Below the pieces are notes generated by a model. That model ran no database searches. It was not told the DNA's origin and saw nothing but the letters and a program-made list of their open reading frames with translations. A stretch of 64,000 nt of DNA from Nannocystales bacterium (lineage in GTDB: Bacteria; Myxococcota_A; Polyangia; Nannocystales; Nannocystaceae): NCBI GenBank assembly GCA_050633305.1, contig JBOEGF010000010.1, positions 512,001 through 576,000 on the forward strand, in the 5' to 3' direction. The position numbers and the translations under genes are program-made. Below are positions 9,512 to 19,772 of the stretch, in pieces. Position 1 is the stretch's first letter; each line of letters begins with the position of its first letter.

Positions 9512-11032
9512 ATGAGCCATCGAATGGATCGACGAACTTTTCTGCGCGGAGCCGCCGGAGTCTCCGTGGCGCTTCCCGTGCTGGAGTGCATGCTCGACAA
9601 CCACGGCGTTGCACTGGCCAACAGCGGCGACGTGCCATGCCGCTACGCGATCGTCTTCGCCGGACAGGCGTTGGGCGGCGACAACTGGGAGAAGAACGGC
9701 CAGCGTGTTGCAGGCAAGTACTTCGAAGAAGACGGACACTTCATTCGCCCCGCGACGACCGGTTCCGAGTACGAGATCACCACGCCGCTGATGCCGGTGG
9801 CCGACCTACGAGACGATTTCTCGATCGTCTCCAACATGGCGATCCCCTGGAACGCATCGTCGGTGGACGGCTCAGCGGTCCCAGCAGGCGGCGCGTTCCG
9901 AGACTTTCACGGCGGCGGTGCGAGTCCGCTTCTCAGCGGCACGCGGTCGAACTCGTACAACTTCGCGTCCAACGGGATTACGTCCGACCAAGTCCTTGCG
10001 CAGACCAACCCCGGGTCACTGTACGACTCGCTGGTGTTGCGGGCCCAGCCCTCCTGGTACCTTGGCGGTAGCAGCTACTCGGGCCGTCAGTACCTCTCCT
10101 ACACAGGCGCGGGCGCACCCGTCGAGGCTCAAACCAGCCCTCAGACGGCCTTCATGACGCTGTTCGGCAACTTCACGCCGGACAACGCCGAGGACGCGGC
10201 TCGTTTGGACTTCGAGCTTCGCGGCCGTCGGTCCGTGCTCGACCTGATCACGGCCAAGCGTCAGGGGATCCTCGGGAAGGTCGGAAACGCGGACCGGATC
10301 CGACTCGAGCGGCACTTCGACGAGCTTCGAGAGCTCGAGCTACGAATCTCCGGGATCGATCCCGACGTTGCGGCCTGCCAGGTCCCGGACGACCCGGGCC
10401 AAGACCCGTCGATCGGGGGCGACAATGCGGGGCAGGGTAGCTCCGACATCGACACGAACACCGGCTACAGCGGCGAGGACGAGCGCGCACGAACAATGGT
10501 GGACCTGATCCACATGGCCTTCGTCTGCGACCTGACCCGTGTCGCCACGCTGCAGATCTCGGTCTTCCAGTCGCACATGAACGTCTACCAGGTCAGCTCC
10601 GACCTCGGCATGCCGATCCGCGCGGACCTGCACGAAGTGGGACACAACGGCGACCAAGAAACCAACGGCCAGCTTCCGGTCAGCACGATGCTCGGATGGC
10701 ACGTCGACATCTGGGGCGACCTCGTTCGCAAGCTTCGCGACACGCCTGAAGGCGACGGGAACGTGCTCGACAACAGCGCGATCGTCTTCATGACCGAAGC
10801 GGGTCACGGCTTGCAGCTCAACGACGGTGTTTCGCCCAACGCGACCCACTCGGTTGAGGAAATGGTGCAGCTGGTTGCGGGCCGTTCCGGTGGGCTCCAG
10901 CCCGGGCGGCACATCGACGCAGGCGGGGCCCACCCCGCACAGAACCTGATCTCCTGCATGCAGGCGGTCGGCCACGAAGGCGACACGCTCGGCGAGGTGT
11001 CCGGGCGCATCGACGCGTTGTTCGAGGCGTGA
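9512..11032 (+). CDS. DUF1552 family protein (Tat substrate)
   Basis: DRRTFLRGAAGVSVALPVLECM; SVLD; AFVCDLTRVATL; LHEVGH; NVLDNS. Confidence 0.88.
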   Translation: MSHRMDRRTFLRGAAGVSVALPVLECMLDNHGVALANSGDVPCRYAIVFAGQALGGDNWEKNGQRVAGKYFEEDGHFIRPATTGSEYEITTPLMPVADLRDDFSIVSNMAIPWNASSVDGSAVPAGGAFRDFHGGGASPLLSGTRSNSYNFASNGITSDQVLAQTNPGSLYDSLVLRAQPSWYLGGSSYSGRQYLSYTGAGAPVEAQTSPQTAFMTLFGNFTPDNAEDAARLDFELRGRRSVLDLITAKRQGILGKVGNADRIRLERHFDELRELELRISGIDPDVAACQVPDDPGQDPSIGGDNAGQGSSDIDTNTGYSGEDERARTMVDLIHMAFVCDLTRVATLQISVFQSHMNVYQVSSDLGMPIRADLHEVGHNGDQETNGQLPVSTMLGWHVDIWGDLVRKLRDTPEGDGNVLDNSAIVFMTEAGHGLQLNDGVSPNATHSVEEMVQLVAGRSGGLQPGRHIDAGGAHPAQNLISCMQAVGHEGDTLGEVSGRIDALFEA

Positions 11033-11045
11033 GGCGACGCGAGCG

Positions 11046-13232
11046 TCACTGGGAGCCCAGGCGGTTCGACAGTCGGTCGAGTCCCACCTGGGCTTTCTTC
11101 GATCCCAGATTGAGGGCTCGTTGGTAGGCCTTGCGTGCGGCGGCGTAGTTCAAGGTCTTGAACTGCGCATCGCCGAGCAGGAGGTGCGCGGCCTTGGAGC
11201 GCGGACGGACTCCCGTCGCTCGTTCGGCATATCGGGCAGCCTTCGCGTACTCCCCCTTTTCGAACTTGCTGCGGGCAAGGCCAAGGAGGGCGCCGTAACT
11301 GCGTCGGTCGAGCTCGAGCGCCCGGTGATAGTGAGACGCGGCGGGCCCCAGCCGTCCGTTCTTGAGTTCTGCGTCTCCGCGGGCAACCTCCGCGGCTGCC
11401 AGTTTCGGTTGCGACCTCGACGGGTTGTCGGGGTTCGTCGGCGATGCTTTGGCCGGGTTCTCCTCCACGACAACGAGCTCGTCGCTCTCGTCCTCGTTCT
11501 CCGACTCCGCCTCGGTCTCCGACTCGTTCCCGTCCGGGGAGCCTGAGGGGGATGGGGCTTCCGCAACGACGGTCTGCGCGGGTTTTCCCGGGAGCTCTTC
11601 GGTGATGGCTTCGATGGCCGCGCGGGTGGTCAAGCCGGTCGCCGTGTCGTCGGTGAGGATCTTTCGCAGCCGCTTGGAACGGACAGCGGGTTCGTCTTCG
11701 GTCAGCGCCGAGAGAACCTCTGCAGCCGCGAGCTCGGGACCGGTGAAGTCGCCCGTTCGAGCGCGCTCGATCACGGCGTGACGCTGGGCTGCGGTGAGGC
11801 GTGCGCGAGCGCCTGCGTGTTCGTCATCGGGGTTGAAGACGAGGGCCATCGTGTAGAAATCCGCTGCGAACGGTCGGCCACCGTCCATGTCGTAGTAGCG
11901 GTCGCCGAACTTGATCAGGGCACCGCTGAATTCCGCACGGAGTTCGGCTGCGGCCTCCTGTGCTTTGGAGGCGCCGGGACCGGTGATGTCTTCGAGTTGC
12001 AGCACACCCGAGAGCGCGGTGGGGGCCTGTGGATCCGCGGCTGGCGGGTAGACGAAGTCTCCCCGAGCGGCAGACTCTCGGGCGGCCTGGCTGAGCTGCT
12101 CCGAAACCGCGAGCTCCCGGGCGGTCGGCTCGGGTTGAAAGAGCCAGGCTCCCGCACCCACCGCGACGCCGGCCAAGGGAATCGCGAGGGCGAGCGCCAG
12201 TCGACGACGTCTTCGTCGAGCGCGGTCGCCTTCGAGGGCGTGCAACAGATCTTGAATGTTCGGGTACCGGTCTGCGGGGCGGCCGGCCATCCCGCGCGCA
12301 AGGACCCGGACAAGCCACCGCGGGACGTCCGAGTCGGGAACGCTGAACGTGCCCGACTCCACCGCGCGGATGTACTCGGGGACTGAGCCGCGGGCAAAGG
12401 GATAGGCACCGAACAAGGTCCGATACATCGAGACGCACAGGGCGAACTGGTCGCTGGCATGCGAGGGGGCCTGATGGCGGAACAGCTCCGGGGCCATGTA
12501 CGCGGGGGTGCCGAGGAGGACTTCCTGGCTTGTCACCTCGCGGTGGAGCAGTGAGGAGTCTGCCCCCTCGCTGGGGTCGAGCAATGGGGTCTCGTCGAAG
12601 GCGATCGTCGCGGCTCGGGCGAGGCCGAAGTCGAGGACGATGACGCTGTCTCCGTCGCCGACGACGACGTTCTCGGGCTTGAAGTCTCGATGAACGAGGC
12701 CCGCGGCGTGGGCTGCCGCGAGCCCCCGCCCAGCGTGGAGGAACACATCCCGGGTTCGGCTCCAACCGGGCTTGTGGGCCTCTGCCCAGCGGTGGAGCGG
12801 AAGACCTTCGGCGAAGGCCATGGCGATGAAGGACTCCGTGCCGTGTTCACCGACATCGTAGACAGCGACAACGTTGGGGTGGTGCAGCTTCGCGAGGGCT
12901 TGCGCCTCCCGCCTGAGACGATCTTGAGACAAGCCCAGGGCCGTCTCGGCGTCGACGACCGAGGAGCGTAGGACCTTGATGGCGATCCGTCGGTCGAGCT
13001 CGGGGTCGTAGGCTTTGTAGACATCACCCAGACCTCCCGAGCCGAGGTGATCGACGAGGATGTAGCGGTCGACCACCGTTCCGGGGAGCAGGAGCGGCGC
13101 GGGTTCGGGCGCCGGCGGAGCGAGATTGCTGGAGACCGGGGTCGTGAGCGCTTCGTCCAACCGTGCGCGCTGGGCAGCAGCAGAGCCTCCGGGGAGAATG
13201 CCGGTCCGGTCGTCGTGCGGCGCCTGGGTCAC
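11046..13232 (-). CDS. Transmembrane Ser/Thr protein kinase with C-terminal TPRs
   Basis: LGSGGLGDVY, IAIKV, HRDFKPEN, DFG, GTPAYMAPE; TM helix; TPR-like C-terminus. Confidence 0.92.
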   Translation of the reverse strand: MTQAPHDDRTGILPGGSAAAQRARLDEALTTPVSSNLAPPAPEPAPLLLPGTVVDRYILVDHLGSGGLGDVYKAYDPELDRRIAIKVLRSSVVDAETALGLSQDRLRREAQALAKLHHPNVVAVYDVGEHGTESFIAMAFAEGLPLHRWAEAHKPGWSRTRDVFLHAGRGLAAAHAAGLVHRDFKPENVVVGDGDSVIVLDFGLARAATIAFDETPLLDPSEGADSSLLHREVTSQEVLLGTPAYMAPELFRHQAPSHASDQFALCVSMYRTLFGAYPFARGSVPEYIRAVESGTFSVPDSDVPRWLVRVLARGMAGRPADRYPNIQDLLHALEGDRARRRRRRLALALAIPLAGVAVGAGAWLFQPEPTARELAVSEQLSQAARESAARGDFVYPPAADPQAPTALSGVLQLEDITGPGASKAQEAAAELRAEFSGALIKFGDRYYDMDGGRPFAADFYTMALVFNPDDEHAGARARLTAAQRHAVIERARTGDFTGPELAAAEVLSALTEDEPAVRSKRLRKILTDDTATGLTTRAAIEAITEELPGKPAQTVVAEAPSPSGSPDGNESETEAESENEDESDELVVVEENPAKASPTNPDNPSRSQPKLAAAEVARGDAELKNGRLGPAASHYHRALELDRRSYGALLGLARSKFEKGEYAKAARYAERATGVRPRSKAAHLLLGDAQFKTLNYAAARKAYQRALNLGSKKAQVGLDRLSNRLGSQ

Positions 13233-13819
13233 GGGGTCAGGCCAGAGCGCGCGACAAGACCTGCGAGGGCCGTTCGAGTGCGAAGCTGCAGTCGCTCGTA
13301 GATGTGCTCGAGGTGGGTGTTCACGGTGCGGGTGCTGATGTGGAGGAGGGCGCCGATCTCCGCGCTCTTGAGGCCACGGGCGATCGCCAACGCGACCTCG
13401 AGTTCGCGGGGACTGAGCTGCGACACGAGTTGTCGTGCTTGTGCGCGGTCGCGAAGCTCGGCGAGTCCGGACCGGGACTCGACGCGGAATTCGAACTCCG
13501 CTGATCCAAGCTGGATGCGGTCACCCGATTCGAGCACGACCTCTGAGATCTCGGACCCGTTGACGGCGGTCCCGTTGGTCGAACCGAGATCCCGCAGACT
13601 CGCTGTCCCCGCGCGGATGGTGACCTCGGCGTGGCGCCGTGACACGCCCTCGAACGGTACCGTGAGGTCGGCGGTGTCGTCTCGTCCGATGCTCAGCGCG
13701 TCGCTCAGCACCACCAAGATCCCCATCGTCTGCGCATCGATACCCACGAGCACTGGGGCCCGCTGCGGCGCCTGGCGTGGGGGCCGAGAGACCGGCGTGG
13801 TGTGGTCGTTGTCTGAGAT
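13229..13819 (-). CDS. FHA domain + LuxR-type HTH transcriptional regulator
   Basis: SIGR, VSRRHA, DLGSTNGT (FHA); LSPRELEV...TRTVNTHLEHIY (LuxR). Start is either GTG 13753 or the non-canonical ATC 13819. Confidence 0.88.
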   Translation of the reverse strand: MSDNDHTTPVSRPPRQAPQRAPVLVGIDAQTMGILVVLSDALSIGRDDTADLTVPFEGVSRRHAEVTIRAGTASLRDLGSTNGTAVNGSEISEVVLESGDRIQLGSAEFEFRVESRSGLAELRDRAQARQLVSQLSPRELEVALAIARGLKSAEIGALLHISTRTVNTHLEHIYERLQLRTRTALAGLVARSGLTP

Positions 13820-13851
13820 AGCGCCAGGTTAGCAGGACTGCGGGGGGGGAA

Positions 13852-15279
13852 TCAGGGTTGGGTCTCGAACGCACCAAGGTCGGGCTGGTCCGTGCGCTTG
13901 TTGCGGTTGAAATCCTCGGGGACGAGGACGGCGGGGATGACGATGCCTGCGTCTATCGCCGTGGAGCTGGCGGCAAGCCGAAAATCACCGCCGGCTGCGT
14001 CGATGAACTCGGACGCGTCGACGCCGATCACGTTTGTATCGACACCGAGTGCAAGTGCCCCATTCCGGGAGGCCAGCTCGGTGGAGACGAGGTTGTTGGC
14101 GATCGTCGCGGTCGTGTCGGGGTAGCGCCACTCGATCCCGTTGAACGTGGTGAGTGTGACGTACGAGGTGTTGTGGACCGCGACCGCTCCACACGCGTGC
14201 CACAAGCCGAGCATGGAATCGAGATCGGTTCCGAGTCCCGGAATCGCACCGGCCATTGCGGGGTCGTCGACCCAGGTGAGGTTGTTGACGACCACGCCGC
14301 GAATGTGGCCCCAGCTCGGCCCGTCAGGGACGCCGCAGGTGTCGTCCGCGGGCTCAGGACGTCCCGCATCGATGTTGTCTCCCCCAAGCAAGATGCCCCG
14401 GAAGTTGTTCCGGAGGATGTTCCGTTCGACGACGGTATCCCTCGAGCCCCGGTCCACGGCGAGGGTTGCGAACGAGAAGGTCGAGCACCAGTGACCCTCG
14501 ATGAGGTTGTCTCGGACGGACCAGCGTGCCCCGCCGGAGATCCGGAGTGCGCTCGCGCCTCCGCAATCGGTCAGGTTTTCGCGAAACGTATCGCTCCGAG
14601 CAAATGTGGAGCAGGCGACCTCGCCATCATCGGTCCAGCGCGCAACACCATTGCCGACACTGAGTTTCGTTCGCAGGGAGTCCCGCAAGACCATGCGGTA
14701 GATTCGCGGGCGCTGGAGGACGACGTCTTCGACGCCAATCTCGACCAGCACCTCGCTGCTGTCCTGGATGGTGAATTCAGCGAGCAGCACATCGCTGGCC
14801 TGAACCGAAACGAGGGCGGCTGTTTCGGAGCTCCCCCCGGTGAGGACGACGTCGTCGGGATCCCCGGTCGTCGAGCGGACCGTGACGCCGTCCGCGGAGA
14901 GCACGAGAGCGGGCTGTCCTGCACGGTCATAGGTCCCCGGCTCGAGGGCGATCGTCGTGTTCGGGGCGGCTTCGGAGAACACGGTGTCCAGGCTCGGGTT
15001 GTCCGCCGGGCTCACGATGATGGCGTCGGCCGGGATGTCCGGGAGTGGCAGGCAGTCGATGGGGAGTTCGTCGCCCGGCACCGCCCCGGTAGCACCGTCT
15101 GTGTTGGCCCCTGTTTCCGACGACACCGCGGACGTTCCCTCCGAGGAACTCTGAGGACCGTCTGTTGGGGGGAGGCCGTCTGTCTCGGCAGGGGGCTCCC
15201 ACGCCGGGTCTTGGACGAGACAACCAGCGTAGAGGAGACAACCGGACAGGGCCGAGAACAGCAGCGAACAGCGACGCAT
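13852..15279 (-). CDS. Right-handed parallel beta-helix lipoprotein
   Basis: Lipobox YAGC; LEPGTY; repeated N-x-I/V strands; DFRLAASSTAIDAG...PDLGAFE tail. Confidence 0.75.
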   Translation of the reverse strand: MRRCSLLFSALSGCLLYAGCLVQDPAWEPPAETDGLPPTDGPQSSSEGTSAVSSETGANTDGATGAVPGDELPIDCLPLPDIPADAIIVSPADNPSLDTVFSEAAPNTTIALEPGTYDRAGQPALVLSADGVTVRSTTGDPDDVVLTGGSSETAALVSVQASDVLLAEFTIQDSSEVLVEIGVEDVVLQRPRIYRMVLRDSLRTKLSVGNGVARWTDDGEVACSTFARSDTFRENLTDCGGASALRISGGARWSVRDNLIEGHWCSTFSFATLAVDRGSRDTVVERNILRNNFRGILLGGDNIDAGRPEPADDTCGVPDGPSWGHIRGVVVNNLTWVDDPAMAGAIPGLGTDLDSMLGLWHACGAVAVHNTSYVTLTTFNGIEWRYPDTTATIANNLVSTELASRNGALALGVDTNVIGVDASEFIDAAGGDFRLAASSTAIDAGIVIPAVLVPEDFNRNKRTDQPDLGAFETQP

Positions 15280-15319
15280 TCAACAGCCTGCGAAGGGTCG
15301 ATGTTACCATGCGTCGGCG

Positions 15320-16252
15320 GTGAGTGCTGCGCTCGGTTTCACCTTGGCCGCGATGATGGTGGCTCCTGGCCCCCAGTCGTCGACGGTCGACATCGACCCC
15401 TTATCGATCGAGGGCGAGCTTCCACAGCAGTGGCGGGAGTCGACCAATGCTGCCGTGCTCTCTGGGCTCTCTCGCGGAGCGGTGGACGCTCGGGCAAGCT
15501 GTACTGCGGCTCCGTGTCCCGAGCCGGACGCCGCGTTTGTGGTCACCGGGTCGCTGTCGATCGTTGATCGTGATTGGGCCGTCAAGCTCGAGGTCCGTCG
15601 GCCCGGCGAGCCGGAGGTCGTCGCGAGCACCGAGGGCTTCTGCGAACTGTGCGGTGTTGAAGAGGCCATCGAAGAGATCGAGGCTCGGGCGGCCGTCCTC
15701 GTCCCGAGAATCGAACAACTCGGTGCCTCTGCTCCGGTGTTGATGTTCCGAAGCACGCCTGCGGGCGTCGAGCTGAGCGTGGACTCGGAGCCCCGAGGCG
15801 TGACGCCGGTCGAGGTTCGGACCGAGGCTGGCACGCACCTGGTCGAGGCGAAGAAGCCTGGCTACTTTCCGCAATCGTTCGAGGTTCAGGCGGTCGACGG
15901 TGTGCAGCAGGAGATTTCGCTTCAGCTCATCGCGGTCCCTGCGGAGCCCCCGCCCAACGGCCGCGGCCTTCGGTTGGCGGGCGTGGGAAGCCTTGGTGCG
16001 TCTGTGGTGGCATTGGCCGCCGGCATCCCGCTGCTGGTCCTGCACGGGAGGTCCTACGACAAGACTTGCAATGCCGACGAGACGGGCCGCTGCCAGTTCG
16101 ACTACGACACCCAGACCGGCGGCATTGTAGGCGTCGCGATCGGAGGGGCGCTCGCCGTCACGGGAGCGACGCTGTTGGCGGTTGGCATTCGCCGGGGCCG
16201 CCGAGCGGAGACGGTGGCGGTCTCCGCCGGAGGGATCTCCTTCCGATTCTGA
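15320..16252 (+). CDS. PEGA domain protein
   Basis: STPAGVELSVD..GVTPVEV..GTHLVEAKKPGY; C-terminal hydrophobic helices ending in F. Confidence 0.8.
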   Translation: MSAALGFTLAAMMVAPGPQSSTVDIDPLSIEGELPQQWRESTNAAVLSGLSRGAVDARASCTAAPCPEPDAAFVVTGSLSIVDRDWAVKLEVRRPGEPEVVASTEGFCELCGVEEAIEEIEARAAVLVPRIEQLGASAPVLMFRSTPAGVELSVDSEPRGVTPVEVRTEAGTHLVEAKKPGYFPQSFEVQAVDGVQQEISLQLIAVPAEPPPNGRGLRLAGVGSLGASVVALAAGIPLLVLHGRSYDKTCNADETGRCQFDYDTQTGGIVGVAIGGALAVTGATLLAVGIRRGRRAETVAVSAGGISFRF

Positions 16253-16274
16253 ACCGCGTCGGGATCTGGACAAC

Positions 16275-16307
16275 AAAAAGCGCCGCGACCCCGGAGGGTG
16301 CGGCGCT
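16275..16307 (-). terminator. Rho-independent terminator after the PQQ dehydrogenase gene
   Basis: agcgccgc...gcggcgct stem followed by a T-run on the minus strand. Confidence 0.7.
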
Positions 16308-16325
16308 CTGCGTCCGGAAGCCGGA

Positions 16326-17792
16326 CTACTGGGCCGCGCTGATTCGGTAGATGGAACCGGCTCCACCTGCGACGGGGGAGCCCGCGATGAAGACATCGCC
16401 GTGCGCGTTGTAGCCACCGCCGAAGGGCGACATGTTCGAAGGAACATTGCCGACAGGTCCGATGACCTCGGATGTGGTGCCGTCGTACGAGACCGCGTAG
16501 ACCTCGGTGCTGCAGAGGTCGGCGTAGAAGTACAGGCCGTCGAAGCCGGGGACCTCGCAGGAGCGGTAGACGCCCAAGCCCGTGATCGAGCAGCGTCCGT
16601 TTCCGTGGTTGTACTCCGCGATGGGAGCGACGAGGCCGTCGGCGTTGGTCTGGCCGGGTTGTGCCGACTCGTCACAGCCACCCGCGTTGAAGCAGTGGTT
16701 GCCCTCCATGTCGCCCCAGCCGTGGTTGGTGCCCGCCTCGACGACGGTGACCTCTTCCCACTGCTCCTGACCGACGTCGGCGACGAACAGGGTGCCGTCG
16801 TCCGGGTCGAACGAGAACCGCCACGGGTTGCGGAACCCGTACGCGTAAATCGCGTCGTCGACGTTGCCATCGCCGACAAAGGGGTTGTCGGCAGGGACGG
16901 TGTAGTCGAACCCGCTGACGGTGGTGCAACCGCAGGTGCCACAGCTCAACGACGTATCCGGGCTGCCGTCCGAGGCGACGTCGATCCGGAGGATCGAGCC
17001 GTGGTGGGAGCCTGTGTTCTGGCCGTTGCCACAACCGTCGTTTTGCGGGCCGCCATCGCCGACCGACACGTACAACATGCCGTCGGGGCCGAACTCGATC
17101 ATGCCGCCGTTGTGGTTGGGCGCGGGTTGCCCCATGCCGAGAACCTCGCGCGCGGAACCGGCATTGACCTGGCCCCCCTCGACGGCAAACTCGGTGACGC
17201 GCCACGACGTGGACGAGTCGCTGTGGAGCACATACATCAGCCCGTTGTCTGCGTACTCGGGGTGGAACGCCATCCCGAGCAGTCCCATCTCGCTGGCCGT
17301 GTTGACCGTCAGTGAGAACCAATCTTCAGCTGGGGCGGAGTCGTCGTCGGGCCCAAGCCGCTTGATGGCTCCACCTTTTTGGAGGACGTACAAGACGTCG
17401 GTGTCGACGGGGTCGCCAAGGACGAACAACGGCTGGTTGAAGCCGGTGGCGACGAGCTCGAAACCAACCGACTGCTCACCTTCGATGGGCTCGTATGGGC
17501 ACTCGGCCGGCTCACCGGTTGTGGTGTCGGTCTCGGCGGTGTCGGTATCCGGGCCGGTTGGGTTCGTGGTGGTTGGGCCCGTGGTCGGGTCCGTGGTGGT
17601 CGGCGAGGTGGTCGTCTGAGGGTCGGTCGTGGCCGGGTTGGTCGTGGCCGAGGATCCCGTGGTCGGCATCGCAGTGGAGGACGACACGGAATCGGTCTCT
17701 CCGCCGGAGGATCCATCATCACCGCACGCGGTGAGGCTCAGGCCGAGAAGGAGAGAAGACGAAAGACAAGCAAAACGAACGCGCGGGTACAT
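16326..17792 (-). CDS. PQQ-dependent sugar dehydrogenase (GSDH family) lipoprotein
   Basis: Lipobox LTAC; EMGLLGMAFHP, NHNGG, FGPDGMLYVSVGDGG, YGFRNPWRFSFD, DVGQ. Confidence 0.9.
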   Translation of the reverse strand: MYPRVRFACLSSSLLLGLSLTACGDDGSSGGETDSVSSSTAMPTTGSSATTNPATTDPQTTTSPTTTDPTTGPTTTNPTGPDTDTAETDTTTGEPAECPYEPIEGEQSVGFELVATGFNQPLFVLGDPVDTDVLYVLQKGGAIKRLGPDDDSAPAEDWFSLTVNTASEMGLLGMAFHPEYADNGLMYVLHSDSSTSWRVTEFAVEGGQVNAGSAREVLGMGQPAPNHNGGMIEFGPDGMLYVSVGDGGPQNDGCGNGQNTGSHHGSILRIDVASDGSPDTSLSCGTCGCTTVSGFDYTVPADNPFVGDGNVDDAIYAYGFRNPWRFSFDPDDGTLFVADVGQEQWEEVTVVEAGTNHGWGDMEGNHCFNAGGCDESAQPGQTNADGLVAPIAEYNHGNGRCSITGLGVYRSCEVPGFDGLYFYADLCSTEVYAVSYDGTTSEVIGPVGNVPSNMSPFGGGYNAHGDVFIAGSPVAGGAGSIYRISAAQ

Positions 17793-17949
17793 CAGGGGGA
17801 AACGCTCCGGGGCGGACAGTAACGTCGTTGTCGGAGCAAGTCACGTGCTGTGCGCCTCGTCGCGCGACGTGGCTCGGCTCGGGTTGGAGGGGTTGGCGCG
17901 ACTACCAAAGCGGCGGTCGAACGCCGGCGCAGTCCTCGCCTGTTCGAGG

Positions 17950-19182
17950 TCAGATGACGTCCGCCAACACCGCCAGGAAGCGGTCGACCTCGTCCAGGGT
18001 GTTGTAGTGGACCAAGCTTGCCCGTGCGACCCCGCCGCTTTCCTCGAGGCCGAGCGCATCGATCGCTCCGGGCGCATAGAAGTTGCCACTGCGAAGCGCG
18101 ATCCCGTGTGGGTCAAACAGGGGCGGAATTTCGCTCGCGCGTCGACCGCTGATCGTGAACGCGACGGTGGGTACACGGACGTCGGGGTCAGGGGTATGCG
18201 GACCGATCACGGTGACCGCGTCGTGTTTGAGGAGTCCTTCGAGCAGTCGAGCACACAGGGTGGCCTCGTGAGCGGCGAACGCCTCGAACACGGCGCCGTG
18301 ACGTTGGCGGGCGTCGGTGAACTGGATCTCGTGATGGGCGGCGACGCTGTCGAGGTAGTCGGTGATGCCCAACAGCCCCGCCGTGAGTTCGTGGGTGACG
18401 TTGCCCGGTTGGAACTTGTAGGGCAAACGATCTTCGGGGATGAAGTCGTGGTTCTGACCGTGCGCCGCCAGGAGCAGCGACTCTCGGCCGTACACCACCC
18501 CGAGGTGGGGCCCGTACACCTTGTAGAGGCTGGCAGCGTACGCATCGACGCCGAGAGCCGCGACGTCCATCTGCCGGTGAGGCGCATAGGCGACCCCGTC
18601 CGCAATGACGATCGTGTCCTTCCGGTTGTTGCGGATCACATCGACGATCCGTGGCACGTCGATCAGCTCACCCACAACGTTGGCGCACTGGGTGAACGTC
18701 ACGAGCCGAGTCTTGGGCCCGAGCATCTCGGCGAGATCGTCGACATGCAGGCTTGCCGTTTCCGGCCGAAGCTTCCACTCGTGGAGGACAAGGTCATGCT
18801 GAGCGGCCATCCGGCGCCAGCTGACGATGTTGGCGGCGTGGTCGAGGTTCGTCACCACCACCTCGTCACCGGCATCGAGTGTGGGCCCGATGCCTGCCGC
18901 GAGCGTGCGGAACCCCATCGTGGTCGAGTGGCTGACGATGCTCTCGCGGGTGGACGCCCCGAGCAGCAGCGCCGCCGCGGCTTCGCCTGCTCGGACGTCA
19001 GCCTCGGCGGATTGAGAGCGCCCATAGCTGGCTCCGAGCTGCACCGCTCGGTTCTGCATGTAGTGCGTCGTTCGTTCGATCACCGGGCGCGCCGGCACGC
19101 TGCCGCCGGCGTTGTCGAACAGAGCCCAGGGCGATTGCAGGCCGGGAAACTGGGCGCGGACGAAGTCGACGTCGAGGCTCAC
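17950..19182 (-). CDS. Cysteine desulfurase-like class V aminotransferase
   Basis: VRAQFPGL, FDNAGGS, DHAAN, DGVAYAPH, SLYKVYGPH, RASLVHYNT. Confidence 0.88.
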   Translation of the reverse strand: MSLDVDFVRAQFPGLQSPWALFDNAGGSVPARPVIERTTHYMQNRAVQLGASYGRSQSAEADVRAGEAAAALLLGASTRESIVSHSTTMGFRTLAAGIGPTLDAGDEVVVTNLDHAANIVSWRRMAAQHDLVLHEWKLRPETASLHVDDLAEMLGPKTRLVTFTQCANVVGELIDVPRIVDVIRNNRKDTIVIADGVAYAPHRQMDVAALGVDAYAASLYKVYGPHLGVVYGRESLLLAAHGQNHDFIPEDRLPYKFQPGNVTHELTAGLLGITDYLDSVAAHHEIQFTDARQRHGAVFEAFAAHEATLCARLLEGLLKHDAVTVIGPHTPDPDVRVPTVAFTISGRRASEIPPLFDPHGIALRSGNFYAPGAIDALGLEESGGVARASLVHYNTLDEVDRFLAVLADVI

Positions 19183-19215
19183 GGCGCGGAGGGTATCAGG
19201 GAGGCCGCGGCGTCG

Positions 19216-19713
19216 TTACCCGTGTTCGGCGACGAGAAACTCTTCAAGCGCGTCGACGAACGCGGAACCATCGAGCGCACACCGTGGCTCGAGCAATGAT
19301 CGCTCTCCCTCGGCGGTCCACTCGAGGATGCCGGTGTCATCGGGATCTCCGGGGGTGGTCGCGGCGTCGAGCGTGAAGGCCCGGGCGAAGGTGGCCCCAT
19401 TGCCCTCGAATCGGGCTGCACATGCGACGAAGTAGGCTTCGAGCGGCCGAGCGACGGGCGGCATGGTGACAAGGGCGACGAAGATGTCTCCGCGCAGCGC
19501 GAAGCATTCCAGCTCAACCCGGGTGTCCTCCACTCGCTCGTGGGGCTGGAGCGCCTCGTCCATCACATCCCACATCCCCGAGAGGAAAACGGGACCATCG
19601 TCAGAGCCCAAGATCCCCATGATCGCCGCGGGGTTCCGGAGAAAGGCCCGCGGCACAGCCCGGTGCGCATAAAGGTAGTGCGCAACACGGGGCTCTCCGG
19701 GTGCGGGGTCCAT
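19216..19713 (-). CDS. Hypothetical protein
   Basis: Codon-biased ORF beginning MDPAPGEPRVAHYLYAH, co-oriented with the downstream gene. Confidence 0.6.
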   Translation of the reverse strand: MDPAPGEPRVAHYLYAHRAVPRAFLRNPAAIMGILGSDDGPVFLSGMWDVMDEALQPHERVEDTRVELECFALRGDIFVALVTMPPVARPLEAYFVACAARFEGNGATFARAFTLDAATTPGDPDDTGILEWTAEGERSLLEPRCALDGSAFVDALEEFLVAEHG

Positions 19714-19772
19714 CGCCACGGGGTAGGCTCTCACACGGTGCGATTGCGAGTCACCACCGCGGAGTTCTCGGC

